Assembly (NCBI GenBank): GCA_027319905.1
Contig: DAHVMJ010000001.1
Coordinates: forward strand, 97,421 to 161,420
From: Candidatus Micrarchaeota archaeon
GTDB lineage: Archaea; Micrarchaeota; Micrarchaeia; Micrarchaeales; CABMGC01
Length of the DNA stretch: 64,000 nucleotides
Direction of reading: 5' to 3'
The position numbers were made by a program, and so were the translations under genes. Shown piece by piece: positions 17,165 to 26,818 of this stretch (positions within the stretch are counted from its first letter, which is position 1; each line of letters begins with the position of its first letter). The notes beneath the pieces were generated by a model that was not told the origin of the DNA, did no database searches, and worked only from the letters and a program-made list of their open reading frames with translations.

Positions 17165-19602
17165 ACCTGACCGTTTATTGTTTTCTCTTCAACCATGAGC
17201 CTTGCATCGATTACCTTTGCTCCAGGCTCTACTTTCATCAGCCTGACTCCGCTCGCTGACCTGCCCGTAACCCTTATCGATGCTATTGGTATCATTATGC
17301 TCACCCCCTTGGAGTTTACCAGCAGCAGTTTTGGCTCGTTGCTCAGGAACAGCGCTTTTGCAACTGGCCCCGTTTTCTCGTTCACCTTGAGATTGATGAC
17401 ACCTCCGCCCCCTCTGCTCTGCATTCTGTATTCTCCAACTTCGGTCATCTTGCCGTAGCCTTTCTCTGAAACGGTGAGCACGCTGCCGTTATCGTCCGCT
17501 GCTATCAGGTTCTTTGCGGCGTCGCCGTCGTGCAGGCGTATTCCACGTACCCCTGCCGCAGATCTTCCCATAGAACGCACATCCTCCATGCTGAACCTGA
17601 TTGATTTGCCGTTCTTCGTGGCGATTATTATGTACCCCTGTTCGTCCTTCACAACAATCGCATCGGCTATCTCGTCACCGTCGTTGAGCGAGATGGCGCG
17701 AACGCCTGTGGCCCTGGGTTTGGAGAACAGGTCTGCGCTCGTCCTCTTTATCTGGCCCTTTGTGGTGAGGAAAAGAACGCTCGACTTCTCGAAGTCCTTT
17801 ATTCTGAACATCGTCACTATGTTCTCATCCTTTATGTTGAGGAGGTTTGCTATGGCCCTGCCTTCCGAGTACCTGCTGCCCTCCGGTATGTTGTAGGTCT
17901 TTAGCCAGTAGAGCCTGCCAAGATTCGACAGGAAGAGTACGTAGTCCTTGTTCCTCGGAGTTATCATGTGCTTAACGAAATCGCCCTCCTTGAGATTCAT
18001 TGCTATTATCCCCCTGCCGCCCCTCTCCTGGTTTTTGTAGCTGTCTAAGCTCATCTTTTTCACGTAACCTGAATTCGTGAGGAGAACGCTCACGCGCTCG
18101 TCGCTGACAAGGTCCTCGTCCTGTATGTCCATCTGCTGGTCCATGTGAACTATCTCCGTCCTTCTCGGCCTGCCGTATTTTTTCTTCAGCTCCAGCGTTT
18201 CTTCCTTGATTATGCCATCGATCTTCGATGGATCTGCGAGCACATCGGTGTAGCGCAGTATCCTTGAGTTCAATTCCTCCGCTTCCCTGTTCAGAGTTTT
18301 GCTTTCCAGCTGCGTGAGCCTGCCCAGTTTCATTTCAAGAATCGCGCCTGCCTGTTTCTCTGAAAGGGAGTAGTGGGCCATGAGCATTGCTCTGGCTTCG
18401 CCCACCTCCTTGCAGTCTTTTATCGTTTTAACGACGCTGTCTATCTGCGAGATTGCGATCTCCAAGCCTTGCACTATGTGAAGCCTTTCTTTGGCAACCC
18501 TGAGTTCGAACTGGCTTCTCTTTGCTACAATCTCCCTTCTGTAAGTGATGAACGTGCTGAGCAGCTGTGTTATGCTGAAGCTCTTGAGCACCTTTCCTGT
18601 CACGGCGAGGTTTATCAGCGGGAACGTTGTTTCGAGCTGGGTATGCTTGTACAGCTGGTTCAGTATCTGCTCCGGGTTTGCGTCTCTGGTCAGGTCTATG
18701 ACTATGCTTATCCCGTTCCTGTCGCTCTCGTCGCGTATGTCCCTTATGCCTACTATCTTCTTCTCCCTGGCCAGATTCGCGACGGCTTCTACGAATGCCG
18801 CTTTGTTCACGTTGTACGGTATCTCTGTTATAGTTATCCTGCCGCTTGCGTCTGTGCTTACCTTGCCTCTTACAGTGAGCTGCCCGCGACCGTATTTGTA
18901 ACCGGTCATTGCGTTCTGCCCCATTATCGCTATGCCGCCAGTTGGAAAGTCCGGTCCTTTGATTATCTCCATTATCGCTTCGGCGGTGCTGTCCTTGTTG
19001 CCGAGCATGTAGAGCACTGCGTCACATACCTCGTTCAGGTTGTGCGGAGGTATGCTGGTGGCGACGCCCACGGCGATGCCTGCTGCGCCGTTGACAAGAA
19101 GGTTGGGAAGTTTGGCAGGGAGTATTTCTGGTTCTTTTTCAGTATTGTCGAAGTTGGGAAGGAAGTTAACCGTCTCCTTGTCAAGGTCATCAAGAAGTTC
19201 TTCAGATATCTTCGCGAGCCGCGCCTCTGTGTAACGCATCGCCGCAGGAGGATCGCCATCGATCGAGCCCCAGTTGCCCTGGCCTTCGACCAGAGTGTGG
19301 TTCATGGCGAAGGTTTGCGCCATCCTCGCCAAAGCATCATATATCGGGAGGTCACCGTGAGGATGAAACCGCCCCATCGTCGCTCCAACCGTCTTTGCGC
19401 TCTTCTGCGTCGGTTTGTCGTGCGTGTTCCCGAGATCGTACATCGTGTAGAGTATTCTCCTCTGCACGGGCTTGAGCCCGTCGCGGGCGTCAGGTATCGC
19501 CCTGCCTATTATCACGCTCATGGCGTAGTCCAGGTAGCTTGTCTGCAGCTCCTCCTCAAGCACTACGTTCTTGGCGTCTGTCAAAAGATCACTATATGTC
19601 AA
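17161..19602 (-). CDS. gyrA: DNA gyrase subunit A
   Basis: 813 aa. [12 protein letters not shown], the active-site [10 protein letters not shown], and C-terminal beta-pinwheel repeats. Confidence 0.98.
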   Translation of the reverse strand: MTYSDLLTDAKNVVLEEELQTSYLDYAMSVIIGRAIPDARDGLKPVQRRILYTMYDLGNTHDKPTQKSAKTVGATMGRFHPHGDLPIYDALARMAQTFAMNHTLVEGQGNWGSIDGDPPAAMRYTEARLAKISEELLDDLDKETVNFLPNFDNTEKEPEILPAKLPNLLVNGAAGIAVGVATSIPPHNLNEVCDAVLYMLGNKDSTAEAIMEIIKGPDFPTGGIAIMGQNAMTGYKYGRGQLTVRGKVSTDASGRITITEIPYNVNKAAFVEAVANLAREKKIVGIRDIRDESDRNGISIVIDLTRDANPEQILNQLYKHTQLETTFPLINLAVTGKVLKSFSITQLLSTFITYRREIVAKRSQFELRVAKERLHIVQGLEIAISQIDSVVKTIKDCKEVGEARAMLMAHYSLSEKQAGAILEMKLGRLTQLESKTLNREAEELNSRILRYTDVLADPSKIDGIIKEETLELKKKYGRPRRTEIVHMDQQMDIQDEDLVSDERVSVLLTNSGYVKKMSLDSYKNQERGGRGIIAMNLKEGDFVKHMITPRNKDYVLFLSNLGRLYWLKTYNIPEGSRYSEGRAIANLLNIKDENIVTMFRIKDFEKSSVLFLTTKGQIKRTSADLFSKPRATGVRAISLNDGDEIADAIVVKDEQGYIIIATKNGKSIRFSMEDVRSMGRSAAGVRGIRLHDGDAAKNLIAADDNGSVLTVSEKGYGKMTEVGEYRMQSRGGGGVINLKVNEKTGPVAKALFLSNEPKLLLVNSKGVSIMIPIASIRVTGRSASGVRLMKVEPGAKVIDARLMVEEKTINGQV

Positions 19603-21511
19603 GGAACTTCACATCTCCGGAATGCTCCTCGAGGAACTTTCTTCTCGGATGCACATCCACACCCATGAGAATCGTGAAGAGGCTATTTGCTCTCTCGGCG
19701 TCAGAGATGCTTACCTTCTTCAATATCCTGTTTGCTGGGTTCATTGTGGTTTCCCACAGCTGCTCTGCGTTCATCTCCCCCAGGCCCTTGTACCTCTGCA
19801 CCTCCATCTTCCCGTCAAGCTCTTTCCTTTTCTGCTCAAGTTCGTCATCGGTGTAGCAGTAACCGACGCTCTTGCCTGCGGTCACCTTGAAAAGCGGTGG
19901 TTGAGCTATGTAAATGTAACCGTTCTCTATGAGCTTTCTCATGTAACGATAGAAGAAGGTAAGCAGCAGCGTGCGTATGTGCTCGCCGTCCACATCTGCG
20001 TCGCTCATTATGACTATCTTCTTGTAGCGTGTCTTCTCGGGGTTGAATGTCTCTTTTATACCTGTACCGAGCGCCGTAACCAGCACGTTTAGTTCTGCAC
20101 TCCCGAAAATCCTGTCTTCGGCCGCCTTCTCCACATTCAGGATCTTGCCCCTGAGCGGGAGTATCGCCTGAATCTGCTTGTCGCGGCCCTCCTTGCTTGA
20201 CCCTCCGGCGCTCTTCCCCTCGACGATGAAGAGCTCTGTTCTGTCCGGGTCGTCCTCGATGCAGTCAGCGAGCTTCCCAGGCAGCACCGCGCTTTCGAAT
20301 ATATTCTTTTTTCTCGCGAGTTCGCGGGCGCGTCTCGCGCTCTCCCTCGCATTCATCGCGCCTATTGCCTTCTCCATTATGCCTCTGGCATCAGATGGGT
20401 GTTCTTCGAAGTATCTGGATAGCGATGCGTAGACGCTCGTCTCGACTATGCTCTTCACTGCAGAATTGCCAAGCTTCTCCTTTGTCTGGCCTTCGAACTC
20501 GGGGTTGGGCATGAGAACGCTGAGTATCGCGGCAAGTCCCTCTCGCGTGTCGTCTCCGGTGACCTTAACGCCGTTCTTGTTGTTTTTCGCCATGTAATTC
20601 ACCACCGCTCTGGAGAGACCGCTGTGGAAGCCGACGACGTGGGTCCCGCCCTCTGCTGTCCTTATGTTGTTGACAAATGCTTCCAGGCGCTCATCGTAGG
20701 AATTTACGTACTGCAGAGCGAAGTCTATCACGACCCCGTTATCCTGTTTTCTTTCGTGTATGATGCTTGTGACGCTCTCCTGGTCCTTGTTTATGTACTT
20801 CAGAAAATCCTCTATGCCGTTTTCTGAGAAGAACGCCTCCTCTTCGTGGGAATTGAACCTATTATCGACGAGCGTTATTCTGAGTCGCGGATTCAGAAAG
20901 CAGAGATACCTGAGCCTGTCTTTGAGTTGTGCGGAATCAAACCTTGGGGACGGAAAGACCTCTGGGTCTGGTTTGAACCTGACCGTTGTGCCGCTTACCT
21001 GTGCCTCGCCCACTGTCTCCAAGCCGCTTGTTGGCGTACCCCTGGCAAACTCCTGCTTGTATAGCTTCCCGTCTCTTGCCACAGATACCTCGGTAAATTC
21101 CGAGAGCGCATTGACTACGGTGAGCCCAACTCCATGCAGGCCTCCGGATATCTTGTACGTATCGTTCGTGAACTTGGCTCCTTTGTGGAGCGTTGTCATG
21201 ATGACCTCAACCGCGCTCTTGTTGAACTTCGGCATTATGTCTACTGGTATACCTCTGCCGTCGTCACTTACCTCAGCTATATCTCCGGTCTCATCTTGGG
21301 CGAGCGTTATAGAGATGTTCTTGGCGTAGCCGGCCAGCGCCTCGTCTACCGCATTGTCAAGTACTTCGAAAAGAAGATGCAGGGCGCCTGCGCTGCTTGT
21401 GGTGCCGATATACATGGCTGGCCTTTTCCTTATTCCCTGCGGCCCCTCAAGCACCAAAATTTTTGATGCGTTATACTCATCCGAATCTTCTGGCATTCTA
21501 TCCACTGGCAC
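19592..21511 (-). CDS. gyrB: DNA gyrase subunit B
   Basis: 639 aa. GHKL N-terminus (VDNAVDEA, DDGRGIP, GGLHGVG), Toprim EGKSAGGS, and PLRGKILNVE. It overlaps gyrA by 11 nt. Confidence 0.98.
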   Translation of the reverse strand: MPVDRMPEDSDEYNASKILVLEGPQGIRKRPAMYIGTTSSAGALHLLFEVLDNAVDEALAGYAKNISITLAQDETGDIAEVSDDGRGIPVDIMPKFNKSAVEVIMTTLHKGAKFTNDTYKISGGLHGVGLTVVNALSEFTEVSVARDGKLYKQEFARGTPTSGLETVGEAQVSGTTVRFKPDPEVFPSPRFDSAQLKDRLRYLCFLNPRLRITLVDNRFNSHEEEAFFSENGIEDFLKYINKDQESVTSIIHERKQDNGVVIDFALQYVNSYDERLEAFVNNIRTAEGGTHVVGFHSGLSRAVVNYMAKNNKNGVKVTGDDTREGLAAILSVLMPNPEFEGQTKEKLGNSAVKSIVETSVYASLSRYFEEHPSDARGIMEKAIGAMNARESARRARELARKKNIFESAVLPGKLADCIEDDPDRTELFIVEGKSAGGSSKEGRDKQIQAILPLRGKILNVEKAAEDRIFGSAELNVLVTALGTGIKETFNPEKTRYKKIVIMSDADVDGEHIRTLLLTFFYRYMRKLIENGYIYIAQPPLFKVTAGKSVGYCYTDDELEQKRKELDGKMEVQRYKGLGEMNAEQLWETTMNPANRILKKVSISDAERANSLFTILMGVDVHPRRKFLEEHSGDVKFLDI

Positions 21512-21684
21512 CCTGATGGTATAGCTTGCGGTTCAACCATTATAAAGCTTTGTGGGGCATTTTGTCGTCGAAAATTTGACCTCGAAAACGCGCATTTCCC
21601 AGGCCCTAATGAAATGCATAAATACCTTTCCTGATGCGCAGATGTAATATATTTTTGCTGTGATGTAGTGACAAGGGGAAGCTT

Positions 21685-23010
21685 TTGAAAAAAGAAAAAA
21701 TAATAATCATGGGGGCTGCGGGGCGCGATTTCCATCAGTTCAACACGCTGTTCAGGAACAACCCGGGCTATGACGTGGTTGCGTTTACCGCAACGCAGAT
21801 CCCTTTCATCTCGGACAGGAGATACCCAAAAGAGCTTAGCGGCAGGCTCTATCCCGAGGGCATCAAGATATACGATGAGTCGGAACTGCCTGCGCTGATA
21901 AAGAAGTTTGGAGCAGACGTCTGTTCGCTGGCGTACAGCGATCTGCCATATCAGACGGTGATGGAAAAGGGCAGTCTGGTCAACGCGAATGGGGCAAACT
22001 TTGTGCTCTTTGCGCCTGAGCTGCAGATGCTCAGATCGAAGAAACCGGTAATAGCCATATGCGCGGTAAGAACCGGAAGCGGGAAGAGTCCGACAACCAG
22101 GTACGTGTCGAAACTTCTAAGAGAACTTGGTGTCAGGGTAGCAATAATAAGGCACCCGATGCCCTATGGCGACCTGAGGGAACAGATAGTGGAAAGGTTC
22201 GCAACGTTGAAGGACCTGGACAAGTACAAGACCACCATAGAAGAGCGGGAGGACTATGAACCTCACATAAGGAACGGTTTTGTTGTGTATGCTGGAGTGG
22301 ACTACGAGAAGATACTCAGGCGTGCCGAGAAGGAGGCAGACGTCGTGATATGGGACGGTGGTAACAATGACGCATCGTTCATAAAACCGGACCTGATGGT
22401 AACCGTGGCTGACCCCCTGAGAGCCGGAGACGAACTCGCCTACTACCCAGGGGAGACTGTTGCCAGAGCCGCAGATATACTTCTTATAAACAAGGTGAAC
22501 TCGGCCAAAAAGAGCGATGTGGAGAGAGTAAGGGCCAATCTGAGAAGCATAAACAGCAAGGCTAAGATACTGCTTGCAGATTCAGTGGTAAGCGTGGACA
22601 ACGAACGGATAATAAAAGGGGCCAGCGCGCTTCTTGTGGAGGATGGCCCAACAATAACCCACGGGCATATGCGCTTCGGCGCTGCCACGGTGGCGGCAAA
22701 GCAGTTCGGATCTGGACGAATTGTGGATGCTAAGAGGTACGCGGTGGGCACCATAAAGGACACGTTTGGGAGGTACCCGGAGCTGGACAAAGAGTTGCCC
22801 GCTATGGGCTACAGCTTGAAGCAGATAAAGGACCTTGAAGCCACGATTAACAGAGCTGACTGCGATATTGTTATCTCGGCAACACCGACAAATCTCAGAC
22901 GCCTTGTAAACGCAAACAAACCCATGGTGCAGGTATCGTACGAGATAAGCCCGCACGGAAAGGAATTTGATTCTTTAATAAAGAGGTTTGTAAGAACAAG
23001 GGTGAAGTGA
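21685..23010 (+). CDS. COG2403-type predicted GTPase / cyclic 2,3-diphosphoglycerate-synthetase-like protein
   Basis: 441 aa. IIIMGAAGRDFHQFN, then the P-loop AVRTGSGKSPTT. The start is TTG 21685 or ATG 21709. Confidence 0.7.
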   Translation: MKKEKIIIMGAAGRDFHQFNTLFRNNPGYDVVAFTATQIPFISDRRYPKELSGRLYPEGIKIYDESELPALIKKFGADVCSLAYSDLPYQTVMEKGSLVNANGANFVLFAPELQMLRSKKPVIAICAVRTGSGKSPTTRYVSKLLRELGVRVAIIRHPMPYGDLREQIVERFATLKDLDKYKTTIEEREDYEPHIRNGFVVYAGVDYEKILRRAEKEADVVIWDGGNNDASFIKPDLMVTVADPLRAGDELAYYPGETVARAADILLINKVNSAKKSDVERVRANLRSINSKAKILLADSVVSVDNERIIKGASALLVEDGPTITHGHMRFGAATVAAKQFGSGRIVDAKRYAVGTIKDTFGRYPELDKELPAMGYSLKQIKDLEATINRADCDIVISATPTNLRRLVNANKPMVQVSYEISPHGKEFDSLIKRFVRTRVK

Positions 23011-23020
23011 CCCTTATTTT

Positions 23021-23095
23021 GGGCTCGTAACTCAGATTGGTCAGAGTGGCTGGCTCTTAACCAGCAAGTCGAGGGTTCAAATCCCTCCGAGCCCG
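23021..23095 (+). tRNA. tRNA-Lys (CUU)
   Basis: Hand-folded cloverleaf: GGGCTCG/CGAGCCC acceptor, anticodon loop CTCTTAA, T arm GAGGG-TTCAAAT-CCCTC, 75 nt, no encoded CCA. Confidence 0.95.
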
Positions 23096-23101
23096 CGATG
23101 C

Positions 23102-23653
23102 TTAGTAAGGAGTAAAACTGATCTGCGAATCGACCATCTTACGGTAGAATGCCTCATCGGCCGTATCTTCTTTGGGCCTTATCAAAAGATGATCGAACCC
23201 AGTCCAGATGGTGAACCAACTTGCTGGCGTTAATACGATCTCTATTGCGTCTTTTGTCAGCGCGCTGAGAATGCCGGTTGAAGTCAGAAGCACATCTGTG
23301 AGACCTATCGCTGCGCCGGCGATGATAAGAAGCGCAGCCTGTTTGCGGCGCCTTGAGGCGTCGTCCTTTATCAGCCTGTAGTGCTTCCTGAAGTGGTTCC
23401 TGAGCCGTTGTTTTATAAGTTCCTCGTCAGTCATGTTTCTTGCTGCTTTTGGTATCAAGAACATCAGTTCTGTGCCTGCGCCTTTGTCCAGCGCGGCTTT
23501 TTTGGCCGCAGCAAGGAAGTCTTCCGAAAGACTGCGCACAGTGTAGGGTCTTGGGTCGAAGTCAGAGAACAGATCGTCATACGTATCTAGCACAAGGCTT
23601 ATCTCTGCCTTGTCTATAAGGCTCTTTATGCCTATCTTTGCAACGTCTCCCAT
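23102..23653 (-). CDS. hypothetical membrane protein
   Basis: 183 aa. It has a central hydrophobic pair (AALLIIAGAAIGLTDVLLTSTGIL; WFTIWTGF). No catalytic motif seen. Confidence 0.6.
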   Translation of the reverse strand: MGDVAKIGIKSLIDKAEISLVLDTYDDLFSDFDPRPYTVRSLSEDFLAAAKKAALDKGAGTELMFLIPKAARNMTDEELIKQRLRNHFRKHYRLIKDDASRRRKQAALLIIAGAAIGLTDVLLTSTGILSALTKDAIEIVLTPASWFTIWTGFDHLLIRPKEDTADEAFYRKMVDSQISFTPY

Positions 23654-23724
23654 GACCGATATTCGATATTTGTGTTTTTAAGCCTGAGAGGCGCGGAGCG
23701 CCATATGGTACGGCATTCCGTATG

Positions 23725-23748
23725 TTTAAATATCAGAAGAGGCATAGT
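23725..23748 (+). repeat. promoter-like direct repeat, copy 1 (TTTAAATATCAGAAGAGGCATAGT)
   Basis: A TATA consensus plus 16 following nt match copy 2 at 23 of 24 positions. Confidence 0.4.
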
Positions 23749-23817
23749 ATAGGATAGGCGACACTGGTATTATCAGAATAACAACCAATTCAGTGCATTC
23801 TGCATAAAAAGACGTTA

Positions 23818-23841
23818 TTTAAATATAAGAAGAGGCATAGT
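23818..23841 (+). promoter_or_regulatory. promoter-like direct repeat, copy 2 (TTTAAATATAAGAAGAGGCATAGT)
   Basis: It lies 93 nt downstream of copy 1 and 95 nt upstream of GTG 23913. Confidence 0.4.
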
Positions 23842-23912
23842 GTTAGTTGCGGAAAGAAGCACAAATAGTCTACTTACGTGGTGCTGCTTGAAGCGGCTAT
23901 GAAGGAATAATC

Positions 23913-24239
23913 GTGGACGGCGTAGAAGCTACAAAGGAGCTACAAAACAAGATAACTGAGCACGTGGTGTTCGCTCTGTTTGAGAGCGGGCCTGCAAGGC
24001 CCCTGAGCTTTGGCGAGTTGGAACACAAAACAGAGGCTTCAAGAGGAAGCCTAGCCGTCGTGCTGACAGAGATGCGAAGACCTCCCCTGCCGCTCGCGGA
24101 GGTGGTCTGGGAGGGAGGGGAGAGGAAACTTGGCCTAACACAGGAAGGCACGCTTCTTGCAAGAGACCTCTTGAACTCTAAGAAGGTGAGGAGGGAACTA
24201 ATGGCGGTGCTAACACACCAGCCGAAGCTGAAGGCGTAG
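23913..24239 (+). CDS. small wHTH protein (GTG start)
   Basis: 108 aa. HVVFALFESGPARPLSFGELEHKTEASRGSLAVVLTEM is wH-like. Codon usage matches its neighbours, unlike the S/P/R-rich antisense ORF. Confidence 0.55.
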   Translation: MDGVEATKELQNKITEHVVFALFESGPARPLSFGELEHKTEASRGSLAVVLTEMRRPPLPLAEVVWEGGERKLGLTQEGTLLARDLLNSKKVRRELMAVLTHQPKLKA

Positions 24240-24265
24240 TGGTTATTTATTTGTGTGGTGCTCAA

Positions 24266-25009
24266 ATGAATAAAAAAACTGGTCGTGGAAAGATGCCAAG
24301 TGGCAAGAAGGCTAATTCTAGGGCTTCTGGGAGGAGTTCCGCAAGGAAGAGCGGAGTCAGAAAGCACGTAATGAGTGCCGGGGAGAAGCAGGCAAGACTG
24401 GAGGCTAGACGGGCGCTGCGACTCAAGGAGCAGAGAAAGGTTCTGAGAGAGCAGGTCAAACAGGCGGCCGCAGCGGCAGAAACTGAAAGGGTAAGAGTTG
24501 ACGGGCTTCTTGGCAACACAGTTTTCTCCGATTTTATATCCAAGAATGTGGGCAAGAAAGCAATAAACGTAATAAAGATGCTCAACGCGCCCCAGACGGA
24601 TGAGAAGATTGCAGCAGAGCTGAACGTCAAGATTAATGAGGTAAGGCGTATTCTCAACGTACTGGACAGCTATGGCGTGGCCAGGTACGACACGAACAAG
24701 GACAGCAAGGGCTGGCTTACCTTCATGTGGTACCTTGACGGTGAGAAGCTCACAGAACTACACGAGAGTGCGATCAACTCAAAACCGGAGAGCGCGTACA
24801 AGCTGCCAGATAACTGCAACGATTTCTTCTATTGCGGCAGGTGCTATGAGGAGGCGAAGGTCATACTGCCGTTCGACGCTGCTTACGAGACGCATTTCAA
24901 GTGCGAGGGCTGCGGCAAGCCGCTCAAACAGCTGAGCAAGGAAGAGGCCAGGGCGCTGTTCGACGAAGAAAGCGCAAAGAGCGCTAGTGCCGTGAGCACG
25001 CCAGCATAA
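24266..25009 (+). CDS. tfe: transcription factor E (TFE/TFIIE-alpha homolog) with a basic N-terminal extension
   Basis: wH core AINVIKMLNAPQTDEKIAAELNVKINEVRRILNVLDSYGVARY...WLTFMWYLD, plus the zinc ribbon CGRC...CEGCG. About 85 K/R/A-rich residues precede the core. Confidence 0.8.
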   Translation: MNKKTGRGKMPSGKKANSRASGRSSARKSGVRKHVMSAGEKQARLEARRALRLKEQRKVLREQVKQAAAAAETERVRVDGLLGNTVFSDFISKNVGKKAINVIKMLNAPQTDEKIAAELNVKINEVRRILNVLDSYGVARYDTNKDSKGWLTFMWYLDGEKLTELHESAINSKPESAYKLPDNCNDFFYCGRCYEEAKVILPFDAAYETHFKCEGCGKPLKQLSKEEARALFDEESAKSASAVSTPA

Positions 25010-25058
25010 ACGCCCGGCATTTAACCTTTTTATACGTTGGCTGGTTATCGTTTAGTAT

Positions 25059-25154
25059 AGCGAGGTAGGGTAGCCTGGAGTACCCGTCGGGCTCATAACC
25101 CGAAGATCGGAGGTCCAAAAGAGAAACCAGTCTCTGGAACTCCTCCCCTCGCTA
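25059..25154 (+). tRNA. initiator tRNA-Met (CAU) with a ~21-nt insertion in the T loop
   Basis: A1:U72 acceptor AGCGAGG/CCTCGCT. Anticodon stem TCGGG/CCCGA has three G:C pairs next to the CTCATAA loop. The T stem GGAGG/CCTCC encloses 28 nt instead of 7. Confidence 0.8.
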
Positions 25155-25316
25155 TGTTGATAGGGGGTTCAGTTCCACAAATCGCGCGCTTAGTATAGCT
25201 ATATGTATCTATATAGATACAACTTAAAGGTAAGGTTAATAAAAAGTCAGAGAGATTAATACTGGAACTAAACCGTCATTGGTGTTTGCCTGCCGTTTGC
25301 TGTTTCATCCGAAACG

Positions 25317-25769
25317 TTGTTTTCTATACTCCAGCAGGAGAAATCAGCAGGAGAGCTGCAACCGCTACAGCATGACTTCTATGCGCTTGCTGACAGGTTT
25401 ATTTCAACTCTTGGCGAAGAGCAAACGCCAGAGAGCAACCGCGTCACGGATAACGCGCGGAAAATACTAGTATCGCTGAAGGAGAGAAGGAAACAGAAAA
25501 TACTTCTCTATATCGCGTACAGCAAGCCCCTGCCGGCATCGGTTCCAGAAGAGGAGGAGAACATATACAACGAAATCTTCCAGATACTCAACAGAACAGG
25601 TAACTCCCCGAAGATAGCGAGGCTCAAGATAACATCCGACATTCCGGAGGTGCTCACATCGGGCGGCAGGAAGATAGGGCCGTACAAACAGGGCGAGATC
25701 GTAGAAGTTTCCGACACCGGCGACGCAGACTTCATCATAAAGAACAGGATAGGGGAGACAACGGCATAG
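25317..25769 (+). CDS. GINS-family replication protein (Gins51/15-like; TTG start)
   Basis: 150 aa. LQPLQHDFY at the N-terminus. C-terminal DIPEVLTSGGRKIGPYKQGEIVEVSDTGDADFIIKNRIGE resembles the COG1711 tail. It sits upstream of L44e, as in many archaea. Confidence 0.55.
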   Translation: MFSILQQEKSAGELQPLQHDFYALADRFISTLGEEQTPESNRVTDNARKILVSLKERRKQKILLYIAYSKPLPASVPEEEENIYNEIFQILNRTGNSPKIARLKITSDIPEVLTSGGRKIGPYKQGEIVEVSDTGDADFIIKNRIGETTA

Positions 25770-25776
25770 TGATTTT

Positions 25777-26058
25777 ATGAAGATAGAGAACCAGATAATG
25801 ACCTATTGCCCTTACTGCAACAAGCACACTCTGCACAAGGTCTCAAACTACGGCAAGGGCGCTGCGCGCGGGCAGAGCATAGGAACAAGGAGGCACAACA
25901 GGGCGATCAGAGGCTACACAGGCAGCGCGGAACTCAGGCTGATAACGAAGAAACTCGCCAAGAAGCAAAAGGTCATACTCAAGTGCACGGTCTGCGGCAA
26001 ATCAATAGAGAGGGTCTTTGGCGGACGATCGAAGAAGAAGATAGAAGTCAAGAGGTGA
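25777..26058 (+). CDS. rpl44e: ribosomal protein L44e (eL42)
   Basis: YCPYCNKHTLHKV...KCTVCGK zinc ribbon and a basic body. Confidence 0.92.
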   Translation: MKIENQIMTYCPYCNKHTLHKVSNYGKGAARGQSIGTRRHNRAIRGYTGSAELRLITKKLAKKQKVILKCTVCGKSIERVFGGRSKKKIEVKR

Positions 26059-26089
26059 TTGCACGATACTGCAGAAAGAACTCCCGGCG

Positions 26090-26818
26090 ATGGGAGAGAT
26101 CATACTAGTAAACGTAACCAAGATAATGCCACACGGCGCCTACTGCGAGCTTGTGGAGTATAAGGCCGACGCCTACCTTCCGATAAGCGAGGTCGCTTCT
26201 GGGTGGATCAAGAACATACACGAGTTCATCAAAGAAGGCCAGCGCGACGTGGCAAAAGTAGTCTTCGTCGACCCGAACAGGAAAGCGCTCGACGTCTCCC
26301 TGAAGAAAGTCACCTCAAAGGAGAAGAAAGACAAGATAAACGATTACAATCTCGAGAAGCGTGCAGAAAAATTCTTCACGCAGGCGGTGCAGGCGGCGCA
26401 CAAGGAGAGCAAGATAGAGGAGATCAAGAGCAAGGCGGCGCAGACGGCGCCCACATACTCTGAGCTGCTCGACTTAACAGCGGAGGGCAAGTTGCCCGAA
26501 AAGGCGCTGGACGCTGACGTGCTGAAGGCGTTCGAGGAAATAGTAGCAAAGAACGTCAAGCCCAAGGAATACGAGGTGGGTTACTCTCTTGAGCTGCGCG
26601 CGGTCAACAAGAAGGGAAGCATAAGCACGATAAAGAAGGCGTTCTCTGAGATCGAGGCACTGGGTGTGGATGTGCTGTACGAGGGTGCGCCACACTACAA
26701 ACTTTCGGCAAAAGGCCCCAGCTATCCTGCCGTCGAGGGGCAGATCAAGAAAGCCGAAGAGACGCTGGAGAAATATAAGGGAGTTCTGACCATAGAGATT
26801 AAAAAACGAGAGGCATGA
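26090..26818 (+). CDS. translation initiation factor 2 alpha subunit (aIF2alpha)
   Basis: 242 aa. An S1 domain (GEIILVNVTKIMPHGAYCELVEY...AYLPISEVASGWIKNI), then helical and alpha-beta domains. Confidence 0.9.
   Translation: MGEIILVNVTKIMPHGAYCELVEYKADAYLPISEVASGWIKNIHEFIKEGQRDVAKVVFVDPNRKALDVSLKKVTSKEKKDKINDYNLEKRAEKFFTQAVQAAHKESKIEEIKSKAAQTAPTYSELLDLTAEGKLPEKALDADVLKAFEEIVAKNVKPKEYEVGYSLELRAVNKKGSISTIKKAFSEIEALGVDVLYEGAPHYKLSAKGPSYPAVEGQIKKAEETLEKYKGVLTIEIKKREA

Noticed and set aside
18373-19668. 431-aa plus-strand ORF, plus several shorter ones in the same area
   Set aside because: It lies entirely antisense to gyrA and gyrB, whose identity is unambiguous. Its translation is low-complexity (R/V/H/Y/C-rich) with no motifs, so it is a typical shadow ORF.
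23897-24367. 156-aa minus-strand ORF overlapping the 23913 wHTH gene and the TFE start
   Set aside because: The S/P/R/L-rich translation is implausible. The plus-strand frame has native-looking codon usage and a wH-like pattern.
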